64,000 bases of DNA from Candidatus Multivoradales bacterium (GCA_965223155.1 CBDCVR010000015.1:1024001-1088000), one strand, 5' to 3'. Numbered from the stretch's first letter, positions 39,646 through 53,836 are shown. The notes: generated by a model not told the origin, from the letters alone. Numbers and translations are program-made.

Positions 39646-40030
39646 GGGACCGCCAATGGTATCGAAGACAAGCGAATTTGCGCCGGTCTAAATCGCTTGT
39701 CTTGAGACGCGGCCCCGAACGATCGCCCCCCGGACCTTCTCTCTCGTTCCGGCCGTCCAGATCACTTGTCGCCGTCGCAATCGTGTGAGTCGGCTCCGCG
39801 CCGCGCAAGTCATTGGAACCAAATCGCTTACGGTCCTTGTCCCGGCCTGGCAACGACCTTGATCCATGACTCCGGCGTATCGCAAACCGGAGAGGAGGTG
39901 CGATCGAGGAAATCCCAAGGTTCGGCAAGTTCAAGGTCACGGCAGGCAAATCCGTAGACCGCAAGCAACCCAAGTCCGGCCCGGACCCGCTGTCCGGGCA
40001 CACCAACCAACACCAACGAAAGGAGACATC

Positions 40031-40378
40031 ATGGTTGGAACCAAGAACAAGTACTGGATCGGTTTCGCCCTCGCGGCCCTGATCGCGGTGGCCGCGGCGC
40101 CGGGGGCGTTCGCCGCCGACGGCAAGGTCAACGTCAACACGGCCGGAGCCGAAGAGCTGGCGCTCTTGCCGCGCGTGGGCACGGTCGTGGCCTCCCGGAT
40201 CATCGAGTTCCGGGAAGCCAACGGCGAGTTTGAGGCGCTCGAGGATCTGATGCTGGTCAAGGGCATCGGCGAGCGCACGTTCGAGCTGATCGAGCCCTAC
40301 GCCGCGCTGTCGGGAGAGACCACCTTGACCGAGAAGGTCAAGAGCTCCTCGCGGGCGAAGAGCGAGGGCGATCGCTAG
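40031..40378 (+). CDS. comEA: ComEA-like helix-hairpin-helix DNA-binding protein with signal peptide
   Basis: VNVNTAGAEELALLPRVG...LMLVKGIG; AAGGAG ribosome binding site. Confidence 0.9.
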   Translation: MVGTKNKYWIGFALAALIAVAAAPGAFAADGKVNVNTAGAEELALLPRVGTVVASRIIEFREANGEFEALEDLMLVKGIGERTFELIEPYAALSGETTLTEKVKSSSRAKSEGDR

Positions 40379-40477
40379 GAAGTCTGGGACCGGGGCTTCC
40401 GGGCGCGGGTGCGCTCCGGAAGCCCCGGACCCGCTCGTAGCCATTGGCCTACTGATGAAACAGATGAGAACGACCTC

Positions 40478-41095
40478 GTGAACGTTTCCGCCCCTCGGAA
40501 TCCTCGCGCTCTTCACGGCCGCGGCTTCCACCTGCTCGAGCTCCTGGTCGCCCTCTTCGTCGCCGGCCTGGTGGCGGGCTGGGGGGTGCCCTGGTTCTTG
40601 CGGATGACGAGCGCCGTCGAGATGCGCTCGGCCGCGTTCGAGATCGTCGGAGCGCTACGCCTCACCCGCATCACCGCGGTGCGCGAGGGCGTCAAGGTCG
40701 CGGTCAAGTTCCGCCAGGGGCCGAACGGCGATGTGACGTTCACCCTCTACCGTGACGGTGACGGCGACGGCGTTCGCAATCGAGATATCGAGTCCGGCGT
40801 CGACCCGCAGATCGGCCTGCCTCGCAACCTCCATCACCTGGGTGGGCGAGTGCGCATCGGCTTGCCGCCGGGCCGCCCGCCGCGAGACCCGGGAGATCCC
40901 CGCCGGCGCCTGCCGAGAGACCCCATCCGCTTCAACCGCTCGGACCTCGCCTCGTTCGGGCCGCTCGGCGGGTCGACACCGGGCTCGATCTACCTGACCG
41001 ACGGTCGCCTGCAGACGGTCGCCGTCCGAGTCTTCGGCCGTACCGGCAAGGTCAAGATCCTGACCTACGACGCATCGACGGAGCTCTGGCGGTAG
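40478..41095 (+). CDS. Prepilin-type minor pilin (GspH/FimT-like)
   Basis: G|FHLLELLV class III signal followed by a hydrophobic helix. Confidence 0.75.
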   Translation: MNVSAPRNPRALHGRGFHLLELLVALFVAGLVAGWGVPWFLRMTSAVEMRSAAFEIVGALRLTRITAVREGVKVAVKFRQGPNGDVTFTLYRDGDGDGVRNRDIESGVDPQIGLPRNLHHLGGRVRIGLPPGRPPRDPGDPRRRLPRDPIRFNRSDLASFGPLGGSTPGSIYLTDGRLQTVAVRVFGRTGKVKILTYDASTELWR

Positions 41096-41163
41096 CCTGG
41101 GCCAACGAGCCCGTCGGCGGGCGTTGACGGCGCCGAGAAAGGTCGAGTAGATTCCGGTTCGCT

Positions 41164-41508
41164 TTGCGGGCAATCGTCGCTATCACCACTGCCGGTACCG
41201 AAGACGAGGCGTACAAGCTGGCCGAAGAGCTGGTGGCCCGCCGGCAAGCGGCGTGCGTCAACGTGCTGCCGGTGTCCCGCTCGATCTACCGCTGGCAAGG
41301 CAAGATCTGCCAGGACAGTGAGTATCTGCTCGTGATCAAGAGCCAGGAAGGCTCGTATCCGGCGATCCAGGCCACGATCCAGGAGCTTCACAGCTACGAC
41401 CTGCCGGAGATCCTGTGCTTCAACGTCGGCCAGGGCGAGCCGGACTTTCTACGGTGGATCGCCGAAGCCACCGACGAGGCGGCCGTGGACGAAGCGGCCG
41501 AAGAGTAG
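41164..41508 (+). CDS. cutA: Divalent-cation tolerance protein CutA
   Basis: AACVN, SIYRWQG, HSYDLPEI. Confidence 0.92.
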   Translation: MRAIVAITTAGTEDEAYKLAEELVARRQAACVNVLPVSRSIYRWQGKICQDSEYLLVIKSQEGSYPAIQATIQELHSYDLPEILCFNVGQGEPDFLRWIAEATDEAAVDEAAEE

Positions 41509-41556
41509 GTCGAGACGGCGGCTTTGCGCGCCGGCCGGTGTGCGGCTGGAAGGCGA

Positions 41557-42717
41557 TTACAGAGCGGCCAGCGCGCGTTCGAGATCGGCGATGAGGTCCG
41601 CCGAGTCCTCGATCCCGACCGAGACTCGCACCAGGCCATCGCCGATTCCCAGCTCGGCCCGGCGTTCGGCCGGCACCGAGGCGTGGGTCATGGTGGCGGG
41701 GTGCGAGATCAAGGTCTCGACACCGCCCAGGCTCTCGGCCAGGCTCAGGACCTCGAGCCGATCGAGCACGGTCTTGGCCGCCGCCTGGCTGCCCAGATCG
41801 AAGGAGATGAGGGCGCCGAATCCCGAGGCCTGACGCTTCTGGACCTCGTGACCAGGGTGGTCGGGCAGGCCCGGATAGAGCACCGAGCGCACCTTGGGGT
41901 GCTCGTTCAAGAACTCGGCGACCGCCCGGCCGTTGACCTCGTGCCGCTCCATGCGCACCGCCAGCGTCTTGAGTCCGCGCAGCACCAGAAAGCTGTCGAA
42001 GGGGCCCAGGATGGCGCCTTCCGACTTCTGGACAAAGGCGAACCATTCGGCATCGTCCTCACGCGCGGTGACCAGGGCACCGCCGATCGAATCGCTGTGT
42101 CCGTTCAGGAATTTGGTGGTCGAATGAACCACGGCGTCCGCTCCGAGCTCCAGCGGCCGCTGGAAATAGGGCGACAGAAAGGTGTTGTCGACCGCCATGC
42201 GCGCCCCGCGCTCGTGGGCGATCCCGGCGATGGCGGCGATGTCCGAAACTTCTATCATCGGGTTAGTCGGGGTCTCGATGTAGACCAGTCGCGTCGAGGC
42301 GGTCATTGCCGCCTCGACGGCGTCAAGGTCGGTCGAGTCCACCCACGAGAAGGACAGCCCGTAGCGCTCGAGCACGTGATGGAAAAACCGGTAGGTGCCG
42401 CCGTAGACATTCTGCGAGCAGACGACGTGCTCGCCCGCCTGGACCAGAGTCAAGAGAGCCGCGATCGCCGACATGCCCGAGGCGAAGGCGTGGCCGGCGA
42501 CGCCGCCTTCGAGAGCGGCGACATTGGCTTCGAGGGCGGCGCGGGTCGGGTTCTGGACGCGAGCGTACTCGTAACCCTTGTGGTGTCCCATCTCGTCGTG
42601 GACATAGGTCGAGGTCTGATAGATGGGCATGGTCACCGACCCGGTGGCGGGGTCCGGCGCTTGGCCGGCATGGATGGCCCGGGTGGAAAAGCCCAGCTTG
42701 GACGGATCGCCTTTCAC
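41557..42717 (-). CDS. Cystathionine gamma-synthase/lyase (PLP transsulfuration enzyme)
   Basis: PIYQTSTY, ETPTNP, VDNTF, HSTTKFLNGHSD, AESLGGVE; GTG start after AGGAG. Confidence 0.93.
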   Translation of the reverse strand: MKGDPSKLGFSTRAIHAGQAPDPATGSVTMPIYQTSTYVHDEMGHHKGYEYARVQNPTRAALEANVAALEGGVAGHAFASGMSAIAALLTLVQAGEHVVCSQNVYGGTYRFFHHVLERYGLSFSWVDSTDLDAVEAAMTASTRLVYIETPTNPMIEVSDIAAIAGIAHERGARMAVDNTFLSPYFQRPLELGADAVVHSTTKFLNGHSDSIGGALVTAREDDAEWFAFVQKSEGAILGPFDSFLVLRGLKTLAVRMERHEVNGRAVAEFLNEHPKVRSVLYPGLPDHPGHEVQKRQASGFGALISFDLGSQAAAKTVLDRLEVLSLAESLGGVETLISHPATMTHASVPAERRAELGIGDGLVRVSVGIEDSADLIADLERALAAL

Positions 42718-42925
42718 AACAGTCTCCTGGTCACGTGCTGAATGAAAACCGGGGTCGAACAAGACGCCGGCGCCGAAAGTCCGCCAAACGAGTCCTTCGA
42801 CAGGGTTGGCTTCTCGGACGCCGGAGGCCGCATTCTAGGAGATTCCGCGCGGCGACGGTCGCCTCGTCGGCGTCGGTTCGCGGTACCGAGAAAAAGACGG
42901 TTCGTCGCCGGCTAAGATACCGGCC

Positions 42926-44002
42926 ATGACCGATCGCACCGAAGCGGCGACCTTTCAGGACCCTTCCGAAGTCTTCAGTCCGATCCGATGGGACGGGGGC
43001 TTGAAGCTTCTGGACCAGACCCGCCTGCCCCGCGAGGAGGTCTGGCTCGACTGCGACACCCCCGAAGACGTCGAGGCGGCGATCTACCGGCTCTCGGTAC
43101 GCGGCGCGCCGGCGATCGGCGTCACTGCCGCCTACGGCCTGGTCGTGGGACTCGAGACCCGCAAACCGGACCAGAGCCTCGACGACCGATTCGCCGAGGT
43201 TGCCGAGCTCTTGGGCGCCTCGCGGCCGACCGCGGTCAACCTGCGCTGGGCGATCGGCCGGGCGCGCGAGGTCTTCTCAGCCAGCTCCGGTCGCGACGAC
43301 GCCGAGCGCATCGCGGCGCTTCTGGACTGGGCGCACGGCGTCCACGCCGCCGACGTCCGCTCGAACCAGCGGATGGGCGCGTTCGGCGCCGAGCTCTTCG
43401 CCGCAGGCGACCGGGTCCTGACCCACTGCAACACCGGCGCGCTTGCGACCGCCGGGCACGGCACCGCCCTGGGAGTGATCCTGTCGTCGTTCGAGCAGGG
43501 CAAGGTGGGGCAGGTCTGGGTCGACGAGACCCGGCCGCTGCTCCAGGGGGCGCGGCTCACGGCCTGGGAGTTGGAGCGCCTCGGAATCCCGTACAAGGTG
43601 GTCACCGATTCGAGCTGCGGCGCGCTCATGGCCCGCGGCCTGGTGGATCGGGTGGTGGTCGGAGCCGATCGGATCGCCGCCAACGGGGATACCGCCAACA
43701 AAATCGGGACTTACACCGTGGCGGTTCTGGCCGCCCGGCACGGCGCGCCGTTCTACGTCGCCGCGCCGCTCTCGACCATCGATCCGGAGACTCCGACCGG
43801 CAACGAGATTCCGATCGAAGAACGCTCGGCCGACGAGGTGCGCGAGGTCTTCGGCACTTCGGTCGTGCCCGCCGAGGCGCCGGCGGCGAACTTCGCCTTC
43901 GACGTCACCCCGCACGAGCTCATCGCCGCCATCATCACCGACGCGGGCGTGCTCGAGGCTCCGTACACCGAATCGATCGCCCGCGCGCTCGCCAGCGCCT
44001 GA
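42926..44002 (+). CDS. mtnA: Methylthioribose-1-phosphate isomerase
   Basis: VRGAPAIG, RPTAVNL, THCNTGALAT, ETRPLLQGARLT, NKIGTY. Confidence 0.96.
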   Translation: MTDRTEAATFQDPSEVFSPIRWDGGLKLLDQTRLPREEVWLDCDTPEDVEAAIYRLSVRGAPAIGVTAAYGLVVGLETRKPDQSLDDRFAEVAELLGASRPTAVNLRWAIGRAREVFSASSGRDDAERIAALLDWAHGVHAADVRSNQRMGAFGAELFAAGDRVLTHCNTGALATAGHGTALGVILSSFEQGKVGQVWVDETRPLLQGARLTAWELERLGIPYKVVTDSSCGALMARGLVDRVVVGADRIAANGDTANKIGTYTVAVLAARHGAPFYVAAPLSTIDPETPTGNEIPIEERSADEVREVFGTSVVPAEAPAANFAFDVTPHELIAAIITDAGVLEAPYTESIARALASA

Positions 44003-44068
44003 CCTGTACCTGATCGGCGCCTGCCCGGCACTCGCCCGGCACTTGCCCGGAAGCAGGGCCAGGGGGCG

Positions 44069-45099
44069 CTACTGCACGCGGCCGCTCAGGCTGCGCAGGA
44101 GGCTCATGTAGTTGGCGCGCTCGAAGGCTTCTGGATCGGGGCATCGAGCGAGATTCATCGAGCCCTTGAGCTCGGACACCGACGCGTAGCCGTGCTCGCC
44201 GAGCCAGGCGGCGGTCTCGTCCAGAACGCCGGCTAGGCGCTCGGGTCCTTCCAGGAGGAGCGCCGAGACCATTTGGATGGCGTCGGCACCGCACATGAGC
44301 GCCTTGACCGCGTCCTCGGCGGTGTGGACGCCGCCGGTGACCGCCAGGGACAGACGCCGTTGCGGGCTCAAGATCGCCAGCCACCGGAGCCGCAGCAAGA
44401 GCTCGGCCGAGCTCGACAGATGGAGGCTCCGGTCCGCCTCGAGCTGCTCGATGTCGATGTCCGGCTGGTAGAAGCGATTGAAGAGCACCAGGCCGGAACT
44501 GCCGGCCTCTTCCAGGCGGCGGGCGAAGTGGGCGAGCGAGGTGTAAAACGGTGACAGCTTGACAGTGACTGGCGCCTGGATCCGGCTCTCGAGCGCCTGG
44601 ACCATCTTGACGGTCTCGAGCTCCAGGCTCTCCGAGCTGGCCCAGGGATCGCTCGCCACCCGATAGACGTTGAGCTCGAGCGCTTGGGCCCCGGCTTCGA
44701 CCAGGAGCACCGCGTAGTCGAGCCACCGCCCGGCGGCGGTACCGTTGAGCGAGGCGATGACCGGCACCGAGACCGCTTCGCACACAGCCTGGAGGTGTTC
44801 CAGATACTCGTCCGGCCCCAGTGACAGGTCCTCGGGTACCGCGAGATAGCTCGAGGCTTCGGCGAAGCCCTCGCCGGGCAGCTCGCTCAGGCCGCCGACG
44901 CCCTCCAGCAGCCCGCCGACCGCGACCTGCTCGTGCTCGATCTGTTCTTCGAACAGCGAGTTCATGACGATTGCCGCGGCCCCGGCGTCCTCTAGGCGCC
45001 GGACGGTGTCGAGGTCGTCGACCAGCGGCGAGGCGCCGGGCATGAACGGATGCGGCAGCTCGAGGCCGAGGTACCGGGTCGTAAGGTCGATGTCGCGGC

Positions 45100-45103
<4 letters not shown>
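44069..45103 (-). CDS. Dihydroorotate dehydrogenase-like FMN protein
   Basis: SLFEEQI, IASLNG, ALELN, VKLSPF, LFNRFYQPD, FERANY; ATG overlaps the PFOR stop codon. Confidence 0.88.
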
Positions 45104-48747
<3,644 letters not shown>

Positions 48748-48962
48748 GGCGCGGGCTCCTCGGCAACGCCGGCTTGCTGCAAGTGCGTCCTCGAGGGACG
48801 AGAGTATTCTGCCCTTATTCGATCATTCGAGAGTCGAGGTAGCGCCACCCGCGAGGGTGGTCGCCTCGACTACCCGCGCGACGGTACCCTGGGGGCACCA
48901 GAAGCGATAGGAATTAGGGGCGGAATCGCACGCTTCACCAACTTCTCGGAAAGGAGACTTCG

Positions 48963-49490
48963 ATGACTCTGGCATCCGATGCTCTGCGCGTCACGGCGCG
49001 CGATCTCATGACCAAGGACCTCGAAACCGTCTCGGCCGACATGAGCGTGCGCGAGCTGGGCGCCTTTCTCGCCGACCACGAGATCTCGGGCGCGCCGGTC
49101 GAAGATGCGAGAGGCGAGCTCATCGGTATCGTCTCGGCGAGCGACGTCGCCCGGGCGAGCGCCGAAGGAGGGTTGTTCTCCGCCGAGGACGGTGGACTTG
49201 GCGCCCGGCCCTACGATGATGATCCGGATGATCCGGTTGAGGCGGAAGACCTCGACGACGAGCGGGGCTACCCGGTCGAGTCGAAGAGTTACGAAGCCGA
49301 CAGCCTGCGGGTGCGCGACATCATGGCCGAGCGCGTCTACACGATCAACGCCGACGCCACCGTGGCCGAGGTCGCCGAGGCGATGCTCGAAGCCCATCTC
49401 CACCGGCTGCTGGTGACCGAGGGCGAGGCCGTGGTCGGCATCGTCTCGACCCTGGATCTCCTCCAGCTTCTGGTTCGCGCCGAGAGCTGA
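48963..49490 (+). CDS. CBS-pair domain protein
   Basis: ARDLMT...ISGAPV...GIVS; VRDIM...HRLLV...GIVSTLD. Confidence 0.9.
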   Translation: MTLASDALRVTARDLMTKDLETVSADMSVRELGAFLADHEISGAPVEDARGELIGIVSASDVARASAEGGLFSAEDGGLGARPYDDDPDDPVEAEDLDDERGYPVESKSYEADSLRVRDIMAERVYTINADATVAEVAEAMLEAHLHRLLVTEGEAVVGIVSTLDLLQLLVRAES

Positions 49491-49530
49491 GCCTGCGCCT
49501 CCGGTCGGGGCCGTTCCGGATCCTTTAAGG

Positions 49531-49568
49531 AAAAGCGCCCTCCGCGCCAGTCGGCGCGGAGGGCTTTT
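49531..49568. terminator. Bidirectional intrinsic terminator
   Basis: AAAA-gc-GCCCTCCGCGCC-agtc-GGCGCGGAGGGC-TTTT between convergent genes. Confidence 0.85.
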
Positions 49569-49593
49569 CGATGCTCGGCTGCGGTGCCGTGAA

Positions 49594-51849
49594 TCAGATC
49601 TTGAAGCGAAGACTCACTCCAAAGACGTTGGCCTGGTAATCGCCGAAACTCGGCACCAGCAGCAGCGTCGACGGAAGGAAGTTGTCGAGCCCCTGGAGGT
49701 TGAAGCTGTTGATCGTGTAGTCCTCGTAGAGGTAACGCAGCGCGATCGAGGCGTGGTCGTTCAGGCTGTAGTCGGCCTTGAGCGAGACGCCCAGAAGCTC
49801 GATGTCCTCGTAGTTGTCGAAATCGACGCCGTCGCGGCCGCCCGGAGGCGTCGTGAAATCGGCTTCGCCGTCCGACTCCGACAGGTAGGCCGAAAGATCG
49901 TAGGTCCAGCGGCCGCCAGAGTCTGATGTGAGTCCGATGCCGAAGGTCGCGGTGTCCTCGGCCAGGAGCACCGCCCAGTCATCGAGCGGGTTGGTCGAGA
50001 GAGTGCCACCCGACTGCCGCGCCCGCTGGAAGCTCTCACGATCCGACATCTGTCCGAAGACGTAGAAGTTGCGATGGGCTCCCGGGGTGTAGCCGATCTC
50101 GAAGTTGTAGTCCAGGATCTCGTCCGAGACGAGGCCGAACTCGCTTTCGTCGTAGTCCTCCTCGCGGGCCGAGATGCCGAAGCTGCAGCTCCACGCCGAG
50201 GCCGCGAACATCTGCGCCTGGACTTGGTAGTCGTCGTACTCACGCGCCGCCTGGGTGAACTTTCTGAGGCCCGGCTGATTGTTGATGCCGTGCGGGTCGA
50301 GGAAGGTCACCTCTTGAGCCTCGGTGGCGTAGCCGTTGTTGGACCGGTCCCCGGTCTCCCAGCTTCCCCGCAGGGTCCACTGGTCGTTGGGCCGGGTGTC
50401 GATCGAGAGCTTGATCGTGTCCTCGTCGGTCGAGGCGGTCTCGCGGAGCTCGCGATCCCAGCTCTCGACGTCGTAGGCCAGCGCGACCTGGGTCGCGTCG
50501 CTCACGTCCCAGCCCAGCTCGACCCCGTAGTTCTCCCGGGTGTAGTCGTACTGGACCTTGACGCGCGGGATCTCCTCCCACACCGAATGGAAGCGGACGT
50601 AGCCGGGGAACTCGATCCGGGGCGAGGTGTCGTCGTAGTCGTAGGAACGGTAGCGGAAGGTCAGCGACCAGTCCTCGCCCAGGCTGGTGCCGGCGCTGCC
50701 GCTCAGGGTCAGAACGTCGACCTCATTGTCGGCGTTCCGGACCGGGAGCGAGGAGGCCACGGTCGGGTCGAAAGTCGCCTGGGTCAGGAAATCGACGCCG
50801 ACGACCGACGAGTTGATGGTATAGGGCAGGAAGGGCTCGTCGTTGGTCATGGTCACCATGTTGACCGAGCCGTGCGCCCACCAGGAGCCGCCAAACTTAC
50901 CCCGTCCGCTCAGAAACAGGGTGCTGGCCTCGTTGTCCGGGGCCAGATCGGCGATGCCGCGGCTCGAGCCGTTCTGAGACAGGCCGCTGGGGCTCAGATA
51001 GGCCCTGCCGTCGGTCGAATCGGCACCGAACCAGGGATTGTCCCAGATCAGGGTCGAGATGTCGTTGGTGAAGGTCGAGTTGCGGTAGCCGAATCGGAGA
51101 CCGCCCTTCTTGGCGTTCCACTCACCCTGAATCTCGGCGTCGGTGGTCTGGTAGTCGATGGGCTCCAGTATCTCGATCACGTTGAAGAAGCCGAAGGCGC
51201 CGGAGAACGGTCGCGCCCCCCTGCGATTCTCGTTGCGGTACTCGAAGCCCCAGCGCACGCCGGCCATCGAGCCCAGGTCGAAGCGGACTTTCGTCCGATC
51301 CCGCTGAAGGCCGACGTCGACCCGGTCGGCGCCGTCGATGAGAGGCTGAATCAGCCCCTGCAAGAAACCGGCATTGACCGCGAAGGGACTGACGTTGGCC
51401 GCGCGGTCGCGGATCGCCTGCTCGAAGCTTCGCTGGACCGCGTCCGGGATGTCATAGACGCCGGGCGCGGCTACGTCCCAAAGGAAGACGGCGTTGTTGC
51501 CGAAGCGGTGCTGGATACGGTTGTAGTCGACTTGCAGCCGGTACTTGGCCGACAGGCCGTAGTCGAAGAGGACTCGGCCGTCGTTGCGGTCGACGTTCTT
51601 GCCAACGAGCTTGAGAGTCCGGTTGCCGTCGGCGCTTTCACCGTAGATCGCGAGGCTGGTTCTGAGGCCGCTCGCAAGATCACGGTACTCGGAGAACTTG
51701 GCCGAGTCGGTGTCGACGTCGGTCTCCAGCACCTCGATCTCGATCGGATCGGCCCAGAGCCGGAACCCGTCGGTGCCGGCGGCGACCGGCAGAGCCAGAA
51801 GCGCCAACGAGAGAGCTGTCAGAAGCGTTCGAAGATTGGATCTGGTCAT
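49594..51849 (-). CDS. MtrB/PioB/MtoB-family outer-membrane beta-barrel
   Basis: Signal peptide, SAKFSEYRDL, EPIDY, LIWDNPW, LAPDNEA, amphipathic strands, terminal LRFKI; follows a decaheme cytochrome. Confidence 0.88.
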   Translation of the reverse strand: MTRSNLRTLLTALSLALLALPVAAGTDGFRLWADPIEIEVLETDVDTDSAKFSEYRDLASGLRTSLAIYGESADGNRTLKLVGKNVDRNDGRVLFDYGLSAKYRLQVDYNRIQHRFGNNAVFLWDVAAPGVYDIPDAVQRSFEQAIRDRAANVSPFAVNAGFLQGLIQPLIDGADRVDVGLQRDRTKVRFDLGSMAGVRWGFEYRNENRRGARPFSGAFGFFNVIEILEPIDYQTTDAEIQGEWNAKKGGLRFGYRNSTFTNDISTLIWDNPWFGADSTDGRAYLSPSGLSQNGSSRGIADLAPDNEASTLFLSGRGKFGGSWWAHGSVNMVTMTNDEPFLPYTINSSVVGVDFLTQATFDPTVASSLPVRNADNEVDVLTLSGSAGTSLGEDWSLTFRYRSYDYDDTSPRIEFPGYVRFHSVWEEIPRVKVQYDYTRENYGVELGWDVSDATQVALAYDVESWDRELRETASTDEDTIKLSIDTRPNDQWTLRGSWETGDRSNNGYATEAQEVTFLDPHGINNQPGLRKFTQAAREYDDYQVQAQMFAASAWSCSFGISAREEDYDESEFGLVSDEILDYNFEIGYTPGAHRNFYVFGQMSDRESFQRARQSGGTLSTNPLDDWAVLLAEDTATFGIGLTSDSGGRWTYDLSAYLSESDGEADFTTPPGGRDGVDFDNYEDIELLGVSLKADYSLNDHASIALRYLYEDYTINSFNLQGLDNFLPSTLLLVPSFGDYQANVFGVSLRFKI

Positions 51850-51894
51850 CGCTGTTACCTCCTCATCATTCGTCCGGTCGGTCCTGGCTGCGTC

Positions 51895-52845
51895 CTAGTG
51901 ACCCAGATAGGGCGACGAAGGATGATTCGATCCGTGGATTGCGGAGTGGCAGTTCAAGCAAGCTCGGCTGAAGTCCCGGTTGCTCGGGCTGGTGCCGTCG
52001 GCCAGGGTTCTCCGGTCGTAGAGAGTGCCGGGGTGCCGCGTATTGGAGTGGCACTGCTGGCAGAGATACGGCACCGAGGTCTTCTGAAGCTTCAGGTGGT
52101 TCGAGCCGTGCGGTGTGTGGCAGTTGGTGCAGCCTTCCCGAACCGGTGGGTGCTCCCACAGGAAGGGACCACGCTTCTCGGCGTGGCAGGAATAGCACTG
52201 GTCGTTGATCGAGACCGCGGCGACCATTTTGGGCGACTCGGCGCCATGCGGGTTGTGGCAGTCGTTGCAGGCGATCTGCCCCTCCCGAATCGGATGGTGC
52301 GAGCGCTTCCAGGTCTCGGCGCGCACGTCCTTGTGGCAACTGAAGCACTGTTCCATGGTGGTCGCGGTCTGAAGCTGCGCCTGCTCGGATTCGAAGGAAT
52401 GAACGCTGTGGCACGACAGGCAGGAGAGATCCCGCTTCTCGTGAGCGCTGCCGGCCCAGAAGAACTGGTTGCCGCCGTCATGGCAGGTCGTGCATAGCTC
52501 GGACTGCTCGGCGGTTGAAAGATCGGAGACCCGCGGCTGGAAGGTCTCGGGGTCTTCGACGTGCTTGCCGCCGGGACCGTGGCAGGTCTCGCAACTCGCG
52601 TCGGCGTGGCCGGCCAGCTCCAGGAAGGCGGCCTTGCCGTGCTGGGTCTTGCCCAGCGCGGCGCCGTAGCCCTCGTGGCACTCGACACAGGTCTCTCCGC
52701 CGACGAACTCGGTGGCCATGGCGGTCATGGCGTCGGCCGTCCCGGCGCCGGCGTCCGCCGGTTCCTGGGCGGCCAGTGAAGTGCCCAGTACAAGTGCCAA
52801 GACCAGGGCTTCGACCAAGGGAACCAGGTAGCGTCGAACTCTCAT
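51895..52845 (-). CDS. Periplasmic decaheme cytochrome c (MtrA/DmsE/MtoA family)
   Basis: Signal peptide; 10 CxxCH motifs counted; EKRGPFLWEHPPV and IHGSNHPS. Confidence 0.93.
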   Translation of the reverse strand: MRVRRYLVPLVEALVLALVLGTSLAAQEPADAGAGTADAMTAMATEFVGGETCVECHEGYGAALGKTQHGKAAFLELAGHADASCETCHGPGGKHVEDPETFQPRVSDLSTAEQSELCTTCHDGGNQFFWAGSAHEKRDLSCLSCHSVHSFESEQAQLQTATTMEQCFSCHKDVRAETWKRSHHPIREGQIACNDCHNPHGAESPKMVAAVSINDQCYSCHAEKRGPFLWEHPPVREGCTNCHTPHGSNHLKLQKTSVPYLCQQCHSNTRHPGTLYDRRTLADGTSPSNRDFSRACLNCHSAIHGSNHPSSPYLGH

Positions 52846-52986
52846 TGCACACCTCCCTGCGGGTTGTCGTATCTCTCCGCCATCTTTTTTCGCATAACGA
52901 AAGGCAAGACGCCCCACCCGAAGAAGCAGTTTTCGGCACGTTCCCGGGTGGGTACCGCGTCCGAGTCGATGGGTGGAGGGGTGGCC

Positions 52987-53178
52987 TCAGTCGGAGACGA
53001 GAGTCAGGAGAAAGACCGCGATACCGGCGACAACCAGGATGGCGCCGCCCAAGGCGAAGAAGAGAAAGGCCGTGGGATGGGACCAGTTCAAGGTCAGCCA
53101 CTCGACGGCGAGGCCGGCGGCGACGAGAACGCCCGCGAGCTTCAAGCGGGCGCGGAGCCTAGGAGTGACCGCGCTCAT
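52987..53178 (-). CDS. Small two-TM membrane protein
   Basis: 63 aa, two hydrophobic helices flanking WSHP; start overlaps the upstream stop codon. Confidence 0.7.
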   Translation of the reverse strand: MSAVTPRLRARLKLAGVLVAAGLAVEWLTLNWSHPTAFLFFALGGAILVVAGIAVFLLTLVSD

Positions 53179-53789
53179 GGCGTTACCGCCTCCCAGGTGT
53201 CGAGCTCGTCGAGCTCGTGGACGGCGTGGACGAACTCGTGGCATTCGAGACAAGGGGTCTCGCCCGAGGCCATGGCCTCGAGATCATCCTCGTGCATCTC
53301 GTTTTCGACAAACGACCGCGCCCCGCCGTGGCAATGGAGGCACTCCCGGTTCTGGTACGGCTCGTAGAGCTCGATCGTCTCGGGCACGGTGCCCAGGTAG
53401 TTGACCCAGACGTGCTTCAGGCCGCGCATCTTGGCCGCAAAGTCGCCATACATCGTGTACGAGGTATGGCAATCGAAGCAGGCATGGTCCCGATCGACCA
53501 GCGAATTCTGGAAGTGAACCGCCGGCAGGTACTCCGAGTCGTCGATAGCGAGACTTCTGCCGTAGGGCTCCATGACGTGGCAGGACAGGCAGAACTCGGT
53601 TGACTTCGAGTGCTCGAGATGGGTCGCGGTGCCCAGGCCGGTAACCAGAAGCGGCAGGGCAAAGAGGGCGACGAAGGCCAGGACCTTGCCGCCACGCGCC
53701 TTGGTGAGGGAAGGGCGCAGCCCCACCAGAAGCGCCGCCAGGATGGCGACGGCGAAAAGGGTCAGTGGGAGCCAGGGCGGCAAGGGCAT
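53175..53789 (-). CDS. NapC/NirT (CymA-like) membrane tetraheme cytochrome
   Basis: N-terminal TM helices, STEFCLSCHVM, four CxxCH motifs. Confidence 0.9.
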   Translation of the reverse strand: MPLPPWLPLTLFAVAILAALLVGLRPSLTKARGGKVLAFVALFALPLLVTGLGTATHLEHSKSTEFCLSCHVMEPYGRSLAIDDSEYLPAVHFQNSLVDRDHACFDCHTSYTMYGDFAAKMRGLKHVWVNYLGTVPETIELYEPYQNRECLHCHGGARSFVENEMHEDDLEAMASGETPCLECHEFVHAVHELDELDTWEAVTP

Positions 53790-53836
53790 CGTGACTTCGG
53801 GTCGGAGCGGGAACCTCTAGCCGGAGCGCCGGATCC

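Noticed and set aside
39935-39970. c-di-GMP-I riboswitch (GGCAAA...CGCAAG)
   Set aside because: No P2 stem with a GNRA loop and no P3 receptor; spacing is too short.
42718-42925. SAM or SAH riboswitch between the transsulfuration gene and mtnA
   Set aside because: No recognisable conserved core on either strand.
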